The notes: a model not told the origin generated them from the letters alone. A stretch of 64,000 nt of DNA from Eledone cirrhosa (GCA_964016885.1 OZ024754.1:11222001-11286000); one strand, 5' to 3'. Shown: positions 37,980 to 50,720, counted from the first letter of the stretch. Numbers and translations are program-made.

Positions 37980-39441
37980 TTAAGGAAGAGAGACTAATGG
38001 CAAAGTGTTTGGACCGCAAGAGAAACAGTAGACGTATGCAAGCTGTCTGGAGAAATTGTAGTACTTCCCATCTAACTATGGAAGATAGTAAAGGTGTATA
38101 CTAAAAACACATGAAATGTGTATTAGCTACATACAGTGGACCTATCATAGATTTATAATACTAATGCTAAAACAAATTAAAAACTGAAACTATTATTAAC
38201 AATGTACACTAATTGTCAAATTTAGGCACAAGCCAACAATTTTGGAAGGAGGGAGAAAGTTGATTATATTGACTCCAGTATTTTACTGGTACTATATTTT
38301 ATTGACCATGTAAAAATGAAAAGCAAAGTTGACCTCTGTCGCTGTCACACACATTTTGATTAATTTAATTTTACCATGTATGGTCTCGTGGATTTTTAGA
38401 CAACCGAAAAGTCCCCACATAGATACCCAACCAAATGTAATATATGCCGTTGGCCTTCCATACATTGAAATATGTAATGGTTAGATACTTTAGAAATAGC
38501 TGACGTCAGCTATCCCAGAAATCTTTTCACCGGATGTAGTATTTTGTTAAAGTAAACATCATATGTACATGTTATTTTGAACATATCGTTATGAAAATTA
38601 TTTTTTATAAGTATTAAAGGCGAAAAGATTATTATCGTTAAATATAGTCCTAAATAATTCCCACCATCTTTGAAAGTTTGAAGAGGAGAACTATTTTAAT
38701 GGATAATACCATAAGCACTGCAAGATTTATTTTATTTATCGAAACATTAATTCCAAAACAGACAAAATTTTAGAAATAAATAATAGTTACCACAATACTT
38801 ATGATATCTACTAACAATTGTATTAAGTTTGAGTAAACACACAATTACGGATATATAAAGGGGTATGTTGAGGCATTCATATTTTTCCAAGGTCATTAAA
38901 AACGTAAATAAATTGGAAACCCTAAGATGCAACATAAGGAGTTCTTTTTTTTTTTGTTTTTTGTTTTTTGCAGTTTAGTCCTGTATCCACTTTGAACAAT
39001 TATTGGGTAGTAGACTTAATCAGTTGCCTAGTTTAGCCCTACCATCTGGTCCCTTGGTTACCTTAGTAAAGTCAGCTCTGTTGAGTCAGGTTGTTAGTCT
39101 GAGTATAATTCTTTACTCGTCTCTATCAATCTCAGAAGCCCTAAAAAGGGTTATTTGGAGCTGTCTTTCTCACCTGATCAAGCGATAAAAACAAAGTTTT
39201 AAAAAATTAAAATTAACTATAATCAAAAGCTATGGCCATTGAGTCTTTCTTTCAGGCACAGCATATCTAGAATTACATTATTCAAAGTGCCCTTCCCTAT
39301 TTTAAAGACAGCCGGGTGTGATTTGAAGGAGACTTATTTTTTCTGGTAGGTTTAGCAACTTCAGAGGTTGGCTGGTTGCCAGTTTGCTTTCTTGAGATAT
39401 ACAATGTCTGTATTTTGGTATTACAATGTGTTGATTAATAA

Positions 39442-39808
39442 GCTCAGCCCTCACTGTAAAGTGGTCGTGTAGGTGTCACGACAAAGAACACTCAGCCCTC
39501 GCTGTAAAGTGGTCGTGTAGGTGTCACGACAGAGCATTCAGTCCACACTGTAAACTGGTCGTGTTGGTGTCACGACAGAGCATCCAGTCCACACTGTAAA
39601 CTGGTCGTGTAGGTGTCACGACAGAGCATCCAGTCCACACTGTAAACTGGTCGTGTTGGTGTCAACAAAAAGCATACAGTCTACATTGTAAGTGTGGTTG
39701 GCGTTAGGAAGGGCACCCAGCCGTAGAAAGCCAGTCAAAAACAGTCCTATACGAGCGAGACACGGTCACCCATAGCGTAGAAGATGGACGTTAAGCGATG
39801 ATGATGAT
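39442..39808 (+). repeat. SINE-tail-derived tandem repeat (about 46-bp unit) plus tail
   Basis: cactgtaaactggtcgtgtaggtgtcacgacagagcatccagtcca about 5 times, then ggttggcgttaggaagggca...gatgatgat. Confidence 0.75.
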
Positions 39809-40374
39809 ACTGTACTTTATTTTAGTACTGAGAACGCCGCTATTCCACTCATATTTAGCTTTAATCATAAACATTCCTAAGAACCAATCCTAGGTAGAAA
39901 AACCAACAAAAAAGGTGTCAGGCAAGTTGACAACAGAACATCTCATATTTCATAGTGAAAAGTCACAACCTGTCAATACTAGATAACTACCTACACCCCA
40001 TAATGTCAGCATAGCACTCAACTAAGATGTGAAAAATAAACACTATCTGTATAAATCACTCGCACCTTAATAGCCATCACCTTAAGCAGTCAGTCCTGCA
40101 ATTTTAAAAATACACAAATATCATCATCATCATTTAACGGCCGCTTTCCCTGCTAGCAAGGGTTTGACAGGTCAACGTAGACCAAGGCGCTACTGAAGTG
40201 GGGCTACAAACCTCCCTCCCACCGGCCAAAGAGTCTGCATCTCACTTTTGTACGTTCTGTCGAGTGCATAGAAGAAGTTGTGACACAAACTGAAGGGTTC
40301 TCCTAATATCGTGTTTGGCAAGCTTTCTATGGCTGAATGTCCTTCCTAACAGTTTGTCTTTATCATGGATTGTG

Positions 40375-40690
40375 TTAAAACGTCCACTAGAAAACGCTTC
40401 ACGGACCAACTCAAGCGCCAGCTGGTCCAAGGTAATATTGATTACAGGGAATGGGAACACTTGGCAGAAATGGAGAGTGACCATCAAAACAGCTGCAACC
40501 AGCTTTTTTGGAGGGCAGGAAGACAAACATCAAAGAAGAAAGCTGTCTGCCACCCAACCACCAACTGACCAAGTAGACACTTTTCCCAACTGTACCAGAG
40601 CCTGCAGGTCCAGGATTGGCCTCTACAGCCACCGCACGGAACAAGTCAGCAATTTTCCCCACTGATCTTTGCAAGCAAAGAATTCCTCAT
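40375..40690 (+). mobile_element. RTE/BovB-type LINE ORF2 C-terminal fragment
   Basis: RKRFTDQLKRQL...WEHLAE and PNCTRACRSRIGLYSH (decayed C2H2-like terminus). Confidence 0.7.
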
Positions 40691-42138
40691 TCATTCAGTA
40701 AATGAAAAATTAATTTATCGACATAAGAATTACCGAAACTGCTGTTCATAATCGTTTCCATTTTGTGTCACTCGCCGTCGAGACCTCTGGTGTCCTAGAT
40801 CCCGGAATTGCCGTATTCTTCTGCAAAGTTGGGAGGAGTGCATCTCGTTTTAAAAAAAAAAAAAAAGGAGTCCTGTGAGTTGAAGTGATTGATGCAACAG
40901 GTGCCGTGGATTGCCCTCTACAATTTAGTCCGTGGGAGCAGTTGAGATATACCGCCTAGACTGGCGCGCTCACCCCTTTCTTAACTTAACGCTATTTATT
41001 TTTTATTTTTATTATAAATCAGACCTGTCAACTCTCCCTGCCCGACGGAGAGATTTGGAATAGCCATTGGGGTGGGTGAGAGATGTCTTCTCTTGTCAAA
41101 ATGTGTATAGTTTTCATTATGTAAAATCTCCCCATGTCTCATTTCTCCCTGTTTTGAGGTCCCCTTTTTTTTTCAAGGTACTCCCCGTTTAGGTTTTTAG
41201 AGGTTGTAAACATATAATTCAAATGAAATTTTTTGAATAAATTCCTTCAGAGTTAATAAAGGGTTTCAGTGATCCCGAGAGGAATGATTGATAAATATGT
41301 TCTAGTTATATATGAATATGATTAGTGAAATACACCAATATTTTATGTAGTGTTTGATGGAGAAAATGTTAGTACTAATTTCTACTTACAAATGATATAC
41401 GATTTAACTGAAATAGGAACTTAGCGACAACTTAATAAAATTCTAATGACTATTTTATGGCTGCCAGACAAGATCCGTAGCTGCAGGATATAAGATGAAT
41501 TGAAATTATTTACGACTTTGCCTATTTTTATTACAAGTACAGAATAAATACCTGTTCATATTCTTATGTGCATAACTATTTTTTTTTAAATTTTGATGTT
41601 GCTTGGCAACTCTTAAATGAAGCCCAGTTGTCTACCCCTGATTACATTATACCCCCGCTCCACCCTACGCTACCCCACCCACCCTGCTTCCTCAACGACT
41701 CTTGGCAGCATCTTTCTTCGTTTGGTCTTACTGCCTCTCAGAATCTACTATCCTGCATCTATATTATCTTCTGACTTGAAATTCTCAGCTTCATTTAATT
41801 TTCCATGTTTTCTCCTGCTGTCTCTTACAAAAGGCAAGCAGGCAAGCACCTGCGATGTGTGGTTGGTACAGCTAGTACTTGTATTACTCTAATCAAGGTA
41901 TTCAGGATTACTACTGCTGCGACTGCCATTCATATACCATCATTGTTGTTATTTTCTTGAGAATCTTTCTACCCTCGGCAAATAGCTCACTGTACCACTC
42001 ATGATTTTTAAAGAGTTGCGATCTTAAAGCGGCTTTCTTCTATTCTGTTAGTGGCGTTAATTGATGTCAATGTCGCACTGACTAAAATAATCTTACAATA
42101 TATATATATATAAACATCTTGTGATTAATATCAACAAA

Positions 42139-42966
42139 ATGGAAGAAGAACTAAAATGCCCCGTGTGTTCCAGGTATTTCTGTAATCCAGTTCTCTTACC
42201 GTGTTTCCATTCTCTATGTATGGTATGTGCCGTACAAATTCAAGAACTTCTACCACCGTTTGGACAACAGGCTGGAGGAATTTGTGGAAATAGTAACAGC
42301 AATAGTGCTGTCGGGGTTCTAGACGAAGCGGGAGCTGTTTCTGTTGGGTCGGAGCAAGACCTTCCCGACATAGATAAGCTTAGTATAGTCAGCGAAACTG
42401 ACAGCGGTGTGATTTGCAACAGTAGACCGAACAGCTACATAGGATCTCTTGGTTTTGGAAATATATTTTCCCAAGCTTCATCTGGAACGCTTTTCAGTAT
42501 CCGATGTCCAGTTTGTAAGAAGATAATATATTTAGATGAACATGGAGTCCAGTCGTTACCGAAAAGCAGTATTCTGGAGTCGATCATTGAGAAGTTTGGA
42601 TGCGGCTCCGAAGAACAAACGACTGACGAGTCTGATTTAATTAAATGTCAACTTTGTGAACAGGATAGTAATGATGCATCGTGTATGTGTGAACAATGCG
42701 AGGTATTTTATTGCGATTCTTGTCGAGAAAGATGCCATCCGTTTCGAGGTCCACTTGCTAAGCATAAACTTGTGAGCCCTTGTCAAGGCCAACTTGTATT
42801 AAAGAAAAATAAAACTAAAGAATCGAAATGCCAAGAACATGTTGACGAACAGCTGAGTATGTTCTGTCAGCTTTGTAAGGTTCCAGTTTGTTATGTATGT
42901 GCCCAAGAAGGGAGGCACATTAATCACGATGTTCAAGCCCTAGGTGTTATGTGTAAAACACAAAAA
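42139..42966 (+). CDS. TRIM9: TRIM9/TRIM67-like E3 ubiquitin ligase, first coding exon (RING with long insert, B-box1, B-box2)
   Basis: MEEELKCPVC...PVLLPCFHSLC..C, DKLSIVSETDSGV, CPVC, CQLCE...CEQCEVFYCDSCRERCHPFRGPLAKH, CQEH..E.LSMFCQLCKVPVC..C...GRH..HDVQALG.MCK.QK then |gtaagt donor; no later exon recognised in the window. Confidence 0.93.
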
Positions 42967-43152
42967 GTAAGTTATCTTCTCTATTGTTTTTATTATGGGG
43001 CATTATCCATTTCTCTTTAGCAAAAATAATCGTTTAACCATAATAATAAAAATTACTATTATAATAGATTTAAATAAAGTATCTCATTTGATTCTATTAT
43101 GATTTATACATCACAGTTCTATCGCACCCACCCTTTACATACACACATATAT

Positions 43153-43231
43153 ACAGGGTGTCTCCCCAAAAATGTATACACACGTCAACAGCATTCCAAT
43201 AAATGTGTATACATTTTTGGGGACACCCTGT
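43153..43231. mobile_element. Tc1-type MITE
   Basis: taCAGGGTGTCTCCCCAAAAATGTATACAC ... GTGTATACATTTTTGGGGACACCCTGt. Confidence 0.7.
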
Positions 43232-43244
43232 GTGTGTGTGTGTG

Positions 43245-43291
<47 letters not shown>

Positions 43292-43454
43292 GTTACAAAC
43301 TGCAGTGTGTTTCGATCTTACGAAGGTAAGATCGAAGCTATAATTTGTAACGAAATAAATATCAATTCTCGACGTTTAAAGGTATTAAGTCTTTTATTTG
43401 ATAGTGGTTACGAGTCATAACAACACAAGCTCTGCAAATATGAGTGTGTGTATG

Positions 43455-43569
43455 TATAGAAATGGCTTCTACAGGACTAGAACTGTTTCATTCGGAGGAA
43501 ATCATCAAGAAAGCCCTGATGATTTCTCCCGAATGAAACAGTTCTAGTTCTGTAGAAGCCATTTCTATA
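43455..43569. repeat. fold-back with hammerhead-like core (Penelope-like terminus)
   Basis: About 55-bp arms; CTGATGA (43516) ... GAAAcag..ctgTA. Confidence 0.7.
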
Positions 43570-43742
43570 TTAAATATTTATACTTTATGTATTGAGTACC
43601 TTACTTACTGTGGTTACCCCCGATTGAATCCAGTATAAACTTATATATATATATATATATATATATAAATATTTATATATATAATATAATATACCTTGGC
43701 ATAAAAATACGCCATTTAGTCACGTCTGTGACTTTTCAGCTG

Positions 43743-43788
<46 letters not shown>

Positions 43789-44027
43789 TGGTTGTACATG
43801 TAACTATTTACACATATATTATACGTAATATATGATTCCCGTGTGTACATATATATATATATATGTGTATGTATATATATATATATATCCTAAACAAATG
43901 ACTGATGCATACTTACTTTGGAAAACATACATATGTGTATGTATATATATATATATACATACATAAACATGAAACAACACAGGGAATAATTTGTCTCGGA
44001 CATGACACCCTTAATTTAATTTTGGAT

Positions 44028-44066
<39 letters not shown>

Positions 44067-44358
44067 CTGACAAACATACATCCATATATTTATTTATTTA
44101 TGTTCATACACAGAATAAGAAAGCAAAACACTACCTTAGCTTTCAAGGTCCAGTTATGGCCATCTCCCCAGACTGTGCACGGTCTATGTATGAACATAAA
44201 TAAGTAATATATCAGCTCTTACAATAGATATCTCACACTGTTTTCCCCATCCATGAATATTTTTATATATATATATATATAACGAAGGAGTTGTGGTAAG
44301 GAACCAGATGGACCATATCGCACCAGAGTACTCAATACTTAGGGTAGTAGAGTGGGTA

Positions 44359-44444
44359 ATAGGAAAAAGTTTAACCCTGACGGCAGAGCTCAAGCCGTTT
44401 CGAAACGGCTTGAGCCCTGCCGTCGGGGTTAAACTTTTTCCTAT
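44359..44444. repeat. near-perfect 86-bp palindrome containing a hammerhead 3' half
   Basis: Centred on ttcgaa; GAAACGGC-loop-GCCGTC. Confidence 0.8.
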
Positions 44445-44533
44445 ATATATATATCTATAAAAAATAGATGTAATATATCGTAAATTCGGAGAAGATATAT
44501 ATTGTTAGATGCCTTAATCGTAAATTTCTGTGT

Positions 44534-44562
<29 letters not shown>

Positions 44563-44564
<2 letters not shown>

Positions 44565-44619
44565 CTCATTTACCTGTTCCAGCCATCCGGCTGAGGCCAT
44601 GCTGTGGCACCGCCCTTTA

Positions 44620-44661
<42 letters not shown>

Positions 44662-44712
44662 GGGCGGTGCCCCAGCATGGCCTCAGCCGGATGGCTGGAA
44701 CAGGTAAATGAG

Positions 44713-44714
<2 letters not shown>
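44563..44714. repeat. inverted pair of about 55-bp arms separated by (TA)n
   Basis: tactcatttacctgttccagccatccggctgaggccatgctg.ggcaccgccctt and its reverse complement. Confidence 0.85.
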
Positions 44715-44746
<32 letters not shown>

Positions 44747-46164
44747 TGCATATACATGTGTGTGTGTAATATATACATATATAATTAACTCATGAGCTGT
44801 CAACTTAATATCATAATTACTAAATAGTTTCCTGACTCTCAATCCGTACGTCAATTTGGAAAATTATTTCCTGTTTTAGCAAATGATTCATTATGTTTAT
44901 TGTTGTTGTTATGATTGTTGCTGTTGTTATCTTTCAACAGAACTCATGAATGATAACATTTTTTTACTATAAATTATTCACTAGAAAAAAAAAAACATTT
45001 TTTTTTTAATCGTCACTAATGTTTTTACTCAAGATGAGTTTGTTGGTTTGTTATATTTAGTCTGCCTATGAACATATTTGGTAAAAATTACCTGGTGTAT
45101 CTCCTGGGTATTACTGGCTGTGATATATAAAAACCAATCAGCTCTTAGTTTCCTTTTATTCTGTTAGACATTTATATTAATTTGTTCGTCTTTTTCTTCA
45201 TTTTTATTTAAAGTAAAAAAAATCCTGAATTCTTTACGTCAGGTGTAAAAATGATGTAGAAATAATTCAACTTAAAATTTCTATCTATGCTTTCTCGGAA
45301 CTATTTGCCCCCTTTTCTCCTCCCCAAATTGTAAACTTTTATTAATATTTTTTTTTTAAATTTAGTATTTATATTTGGTCTTTCGATAAATGAACTATAT
45401 TCGGTGATTAATTAAAATGTCGAAATTTGTCATGAATGGAATGGATCTGTCCTTAATATTTTGCGAAGATTTATAGCTGTTTGTATCTACTACTATACAG
45501 TAACACCTTTTTCGAACTGTTTCTCTTTATTATCTTTACATCCCATATTACTCATTACCAAATATTCGCTGAATATTCGAGCAACTTGTTGAAAAATGAT
45601 ATTCTCTGCTTATAATCAAATTCATTACAACTTTGAACGACATAGCTTCTCGTCTTCCTTTCAATTTTAACTCAACTTATAATCGACCCCAAAATGTCTG
45701 GGTTCTAACCTTGTTATTAAGAGATATGCTTCCTTGCCTCCCCACAGGATATTCAAGTTATTTTTTTTTTTTTACCTATATCCAACAGTTCAGCCGTCTG
45801 ACTGTCTATTCCTACTGAGAATCACCAGTTGCCATCATTCGTTACCAACACTTCTAGTTTTGCTTATTTGGAGAATTATTGCATTCGATAACGTATTAAA
45901 GTTCGTTGATATACTAATGCTTTTAGTAGATGCTAACTAATTGTTCACACATACATACACTATTGTATTAGAATATAAGCTTAACATTTCGTAATATTTA
46001 AACCATTCAAATATTAACAAGGTGCACTCAATACTGGTGGGTAGAAAGTAGAAATTTATTTTTTCAAGTAGAAAAGTGGTAGTGACTTTAAAGTTTCGGC
46101 TAGTCGCTTCATCTATCTATATATACATAAATAAATAAAGAAAGAAACATATCTATATATACAT

Positions 46165-46269
46165 ACAGAGTGTCCCCCCAAAAATATATACATACTTTGA
46201 TTACCTGCACAGGCAATATTTATTAGAATGCTGTTGAAATGTGTATACATTTTTTGGAGACACTCTGTA
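46165..46269. mobile_element. Tc1-type MITE related to 43153
   Basis: taCAGAGTGTCCCCC...GGAGACACTCTGta. Confidence 0.65.
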
Positions 46270-46591
46270 TATATATATATGTGTGTGTGTGTAAACAAAA
46301 TTAGAATTTCATTTCTCGCCCTAGCATAGCAGACTACATTTGTATGTATGTGTGTATGTGTACTAACATAGTGCCCGTAGAAAATGATGGGGTTTATAGT
46401 AGAAAATATTTAATCTAATAATTCCTCGATCAGAACATTATATATAAAGATATTCGAATCCTCGATTTCCTTGACAGTCGCCGCCTTTCTTTTTACATTC
46501 GATTAAAATCAATTAAAACAATTTCTCTTTCACGTTTTCTTTTATCGTTATCAAACATACATCTACTAAACTACGATGGCTTTGTTGTACC

Positions 46592-46634
<43 letters not shown>

Positions 46635-46755
46635 TTATCTGTCTGTTGTACCTATATATATATATATTTATCTGTCTGTTGTACCTATATATATATATAT
46701 ATTTATCTGTCTGTTGTACCTATATATATATATATTTATCTGTCTGTTGTACCTA

Positions 46756-46801
<46 letters not shown>

Positions 46802-46811
46802 TGTTGTACCC

Positions 46812-46849
<38 letters not shown>

Positions 46850-47363
46850 GTCTATTTATTTTCGGACTCCTGTTGGGATTTAGGTGTTATCTGAAGATAG
46901 GTACATTGCTATATATACATAGATAACTATAGGTTGACAGCTAGACAGAGGTAGGTGGGTTGGCAGAGCTAGATAGATAGGTAGGTAGATAGATAGGCAG
47001 ATAAATAAATAGAAAGGTAGATAGATATATGTATTTATTATCTGAAAATAGATACATAGGTATGAATGACCACTGAGCATCTTGTTAAAACTGTGAGAGA
47101 GATAGGTAGGGAGGAAGATATCAAATTACCATTTCCATGTCGAAGTTACCACAAAGTAGTTGACACATGACATTGTTTTATTATTAAAGAGATATATATA
47201 CATACATTATGGTGTATTTATTATATATATGTGTGTGTGTGTGTACATACATGTATGTGTGTATATATATATGAAGTAATTCCGTCCAGGAAAAAAGAGT
47301 GCTCTATGTAGGTTACAGAGCTTAATAGTTAGGTAATATATATATATATATATATATATTATG

Positions 47364-47406
<43 letters not shown>

Positions 47407-47523
47407 AATGTATGTATATATGGATATATATATATATAATGTATGTATATATGGATATATATATATATAATGTATGTATGTATATATGAATATATATATA
47501 TACATGTATGTATGTATATATGA

Positions 47524-47583
<60 letters not shown>

Positions 47584-49180
47584 GAAAGGTATAGAAAGTA
47601 TTGTAGCAAGAAGCCAACAGTATTCCATAATATACATACATAAATGTGTGTGTGCTCAATTTTACTTTACTTTCTCCTAATTAAAAATAATTTTACGTCA
47701 CTAAAAAAGTATTTTGCTGTTTACCTGTAAAATATAATACCTTAAAACACGTTGCACGTATTTTTTGGGGTGGGGTGGGGGAGGAGACTACAACAGATTG
47801 TTGAGATATATGTTATAGTTTCTAAATTTGTGACGTGATCTGGCTGAATAGATGTGTGTGAGAGAGGGGGGAGAGAGAGAGACTGGCTGACTCCATTTAG
47901 TACACGCACTCATGAAACTTCTCCAAGACGTCTGTCTACAAATCGGGTGAATGGTGGTGGAATTAGAAATGTGAACTTTTTGGTTTCAGCATGGTTGCTC
48001 TGATACGATTTCAGAACCCCTCCACCACCACCACCACCGAAATCCCCTTTTTATTTTCGTTTTCACCTTATGTTAGTGGCTTGTCGTACTTTGAGCAATT
48101 ACAAAGGTTTATTTAAAAAAAAACGTTTTGTTTTGTTAGCGTGCTTTGAAGTAGTTCATATAATATTAATTGCATGAATGAACTTAAATATTCATTAATA
48201 TTTTTTTTCATCTTATTGATGTCATTTTAAATTTCGTCTCTAGCAAAATATCTTGGCTTTTCATTCCAACTGTTGCATCCGAATGTCAAAAATTCTCATG
48301 CTCGGGTGAGCAAAGTAAATGATTGATTTATTTTGTAGACAAATAAACAAGACTTCATATTCTCATTGCTTTTCCAAAATTCTTTGTTAGCCGATATTTA
48401 TTTGGTTGCTTTAAGATTTGATTCCATTGACAACTGATATAAATGCAAGGAAGAACTAACAACCAGAAAAAGGAAAAAAAAATTAATATCGTTATTTTGG
48501 GGGGTTTTTTTTTGCTTTTAACTTTACCTTTAAAAATATATTTCATTAACTTAATCTTGTTATTTTGTCAAACGAACAAAAGAAGAAAAATGACATTTTT
48601 TTAAAATAAAAAAAAATATATATACTTTTTCCTTGACTTTAGTCAGACATAGTACCAAACAAAAGATATTGGGGATTAAATTAATCATTGACCCCCTCCC
48701 CCCGGGCCACCTTTTTTTTTATCAGTTATTGCCATTTTCTCCCTCATATCCTTTTCTCTATTTATGTAATTGATGCTATCTTACAAAACACATTACAATA
48801 TCTGTTTCGGGCGTATAATGATATCTTAACTGAAGTAACTGAGTGCAAAAATACTATATAGTCGAAAAAGCTTACGTTTGGTACGATTGACACTATTTTT
48901 AGTCATTTAGTTCTAAAAAGATTTTCTACTTCTTTAGGTGTTGTTGATTTTCTCTGGATCTAAAACATCACCTCCAGTATTTTCCTGATAAGCACTGAGT
49001 CAGAATGTAATTATTTTCCTGGTTTCTGCTCCAGAACACATTTTGATATCAAAACCAGAGGGCTCCACCCAAAAGAGGTGCCAAATTCTGTTTATATATA
49101 TATATATATATATATGTGTGTGGGTGCACACATATATATATATATACACACACATACATATACATATATTTATATATACA

Positions 49181-49235
<55 letters not shown>

Positions 49236-49279
49236 AAGTTAAATAAAAGTCAAATGATTAAAATTTAGCTTCGTTTATT

Positions 49280-49334
49280 ACTGCTATATATATTTCAGTG
49301 ACAGCCATCTTTGGCTGTGACCTCTTCAGGCAGT
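49280..49334 (-). ncRNA. minimal type-I hammerhead ribozyme motif
   Basis: Reverse complement reads ACTGC CTGAAGA ggtcacagcc aaagat ggctgtcact GAAA tatata TA GCAGT. Confidence 0.75.
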
Positions 49335-49685
49335 TTGAATTAGTATGGTATAGACAAGTACATATGTTGTTTAGGTGTATAATATTGTCAATACTCTGAT
49401 ATGCCCAGTTCCTTGTTGGGTTGTTAATTCACTGAGGAACTGGAGTCATATGACTGGGCATATCAGAGTATTGACAGACTCCAGTTCCTCAGTGAATTAA
49501 CAACCCAACAAGGAACTGGGCATATCAGAGTATTGACAATATTATACACCTAAACAACATATGTACTTGTCAGGCAGTTTGAATTAGTATGGTATAGACA
49601 AGTACATATGTTGTTTAGGTGTATAATATTGTCAATACTATACACCTAAACAACATATGTACTTGTCTATACCATACTAATTCAA

Positions 49686-49740
49686 ACTGCCTGAAGAGGT
49701 CACAGCCAAAGATGGCTATCACTGAAATATATATAGCAGT
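49686..49740 (+). ncRNA. minimal type-I hammerhead ribozyme motif
   Basis: ACTGC CTGAAGA ggtcacagcc aaagat ggctatcact GAAA tatata TA GCAGT: stem I ACTGC/GCAGT, CUGANGA and GAAA core, palindromic stem III. Confidence 0.72.
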
Positions 49741-49886
49741 AATAAACGAAGCTAAATTTTAATCATTTGACTTTTATTTAACTTTATTTTACACTACTCC
49801 GGAGTAACCAAACCAACCTGCGCACTTCGTCGAGTGCTCCAGCCTGCATACTGAGGTGTTGGTATACAACCAACATAAAATCAAAA

Positions 49887-49925
<39 letters not shown>

Positions 49926-50542
49926 GGGTGTATGTATACCCAGCCTAGTCACACTCGGTCCAGCTCAGTTCAGTTTAGTTCAGCTTAGTCCACCTCAGTC
50001 CCGCCTAGTCCTGGGGTATAACAAAGTGATGAGTGTGTGTGTGTGGAGGGGTTATCTCTGATATGTGAAGTACTGAGATGGTAATAACAGCTACTAAGGA
50101 TTTATGACTGGTGTGTTAGGATTTAAGAGGGGTGGAGTTGATACTGTTTAGGATGAGGTGTACCTTCATGGTGAGAATAGCTACTAAGAAGTTATGACAT
50201 AATATATATATATCTTTAATAATAAAACACAATGTCATAATATAAGTGTTGGTTATAACAGCTAATATGATGTTATGACATAATATATATATATATTTTG
50301 ATAATAAAACACGTCATAATATAAGTGTTGGTTATAACAGCTACTAAGGAGTTATGACATAATATATATATATATCTTTAATAATAAAACACAATGTCAT
50401 AATATGTGTTGGTTATAACAGCTAATAAGGTGTTATGACATCATATATATATATTTTGATAATAAAACACAATGTCATAATATAAGTGTTAGTTATAACA
50501 GCTTCTAAGGTGTTATGACATAATATATATATATATTTAATA

Positions 50543-50720
50543 ATTGTTTCTACTTTAGGCACAAGGCCAGCAATTACCCAGTGCATTACTGGTACTTTAT
50601 TTTATCGACCCCGTAAGGATGAAAGGCAAAGTCAACCTCAGCGGGATTTGAACTCAGACCATAAAGGGACGTAACTATGCTGGAAAGCATGGTGTCTGAC
50701 CCTCTACCGATACTGCCAAA
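50543..50720 (-). mobile_element. SINE family 2, fuller copy
   Basis: Reverse complement: tggcagtatcggtagag (A-box-like)...ctgagttcaaatcccgc (B box) ggttgactttgcctttcatccttacggggtcgataaaataaagtaccag. Confidence 0.8.

Larger units (their letters stand above)
49231..49790. mobile_element. Penelope-like inverted pLTR palindrome with internal rearrangements
   Basis: Long inverted arms, each carrying a hammerhead motif followed by AATAAA; unique extension to about 49888. Confidence 0.7.

Noticed and set aside
42121-42138. GTG start for TRIM9 as given in the ORF track, and extension to 43020
   Set aside because: Family proteins begin MEEELKC at ATG 42139, and the frame leaves through the GTAAGT donor at 42967.
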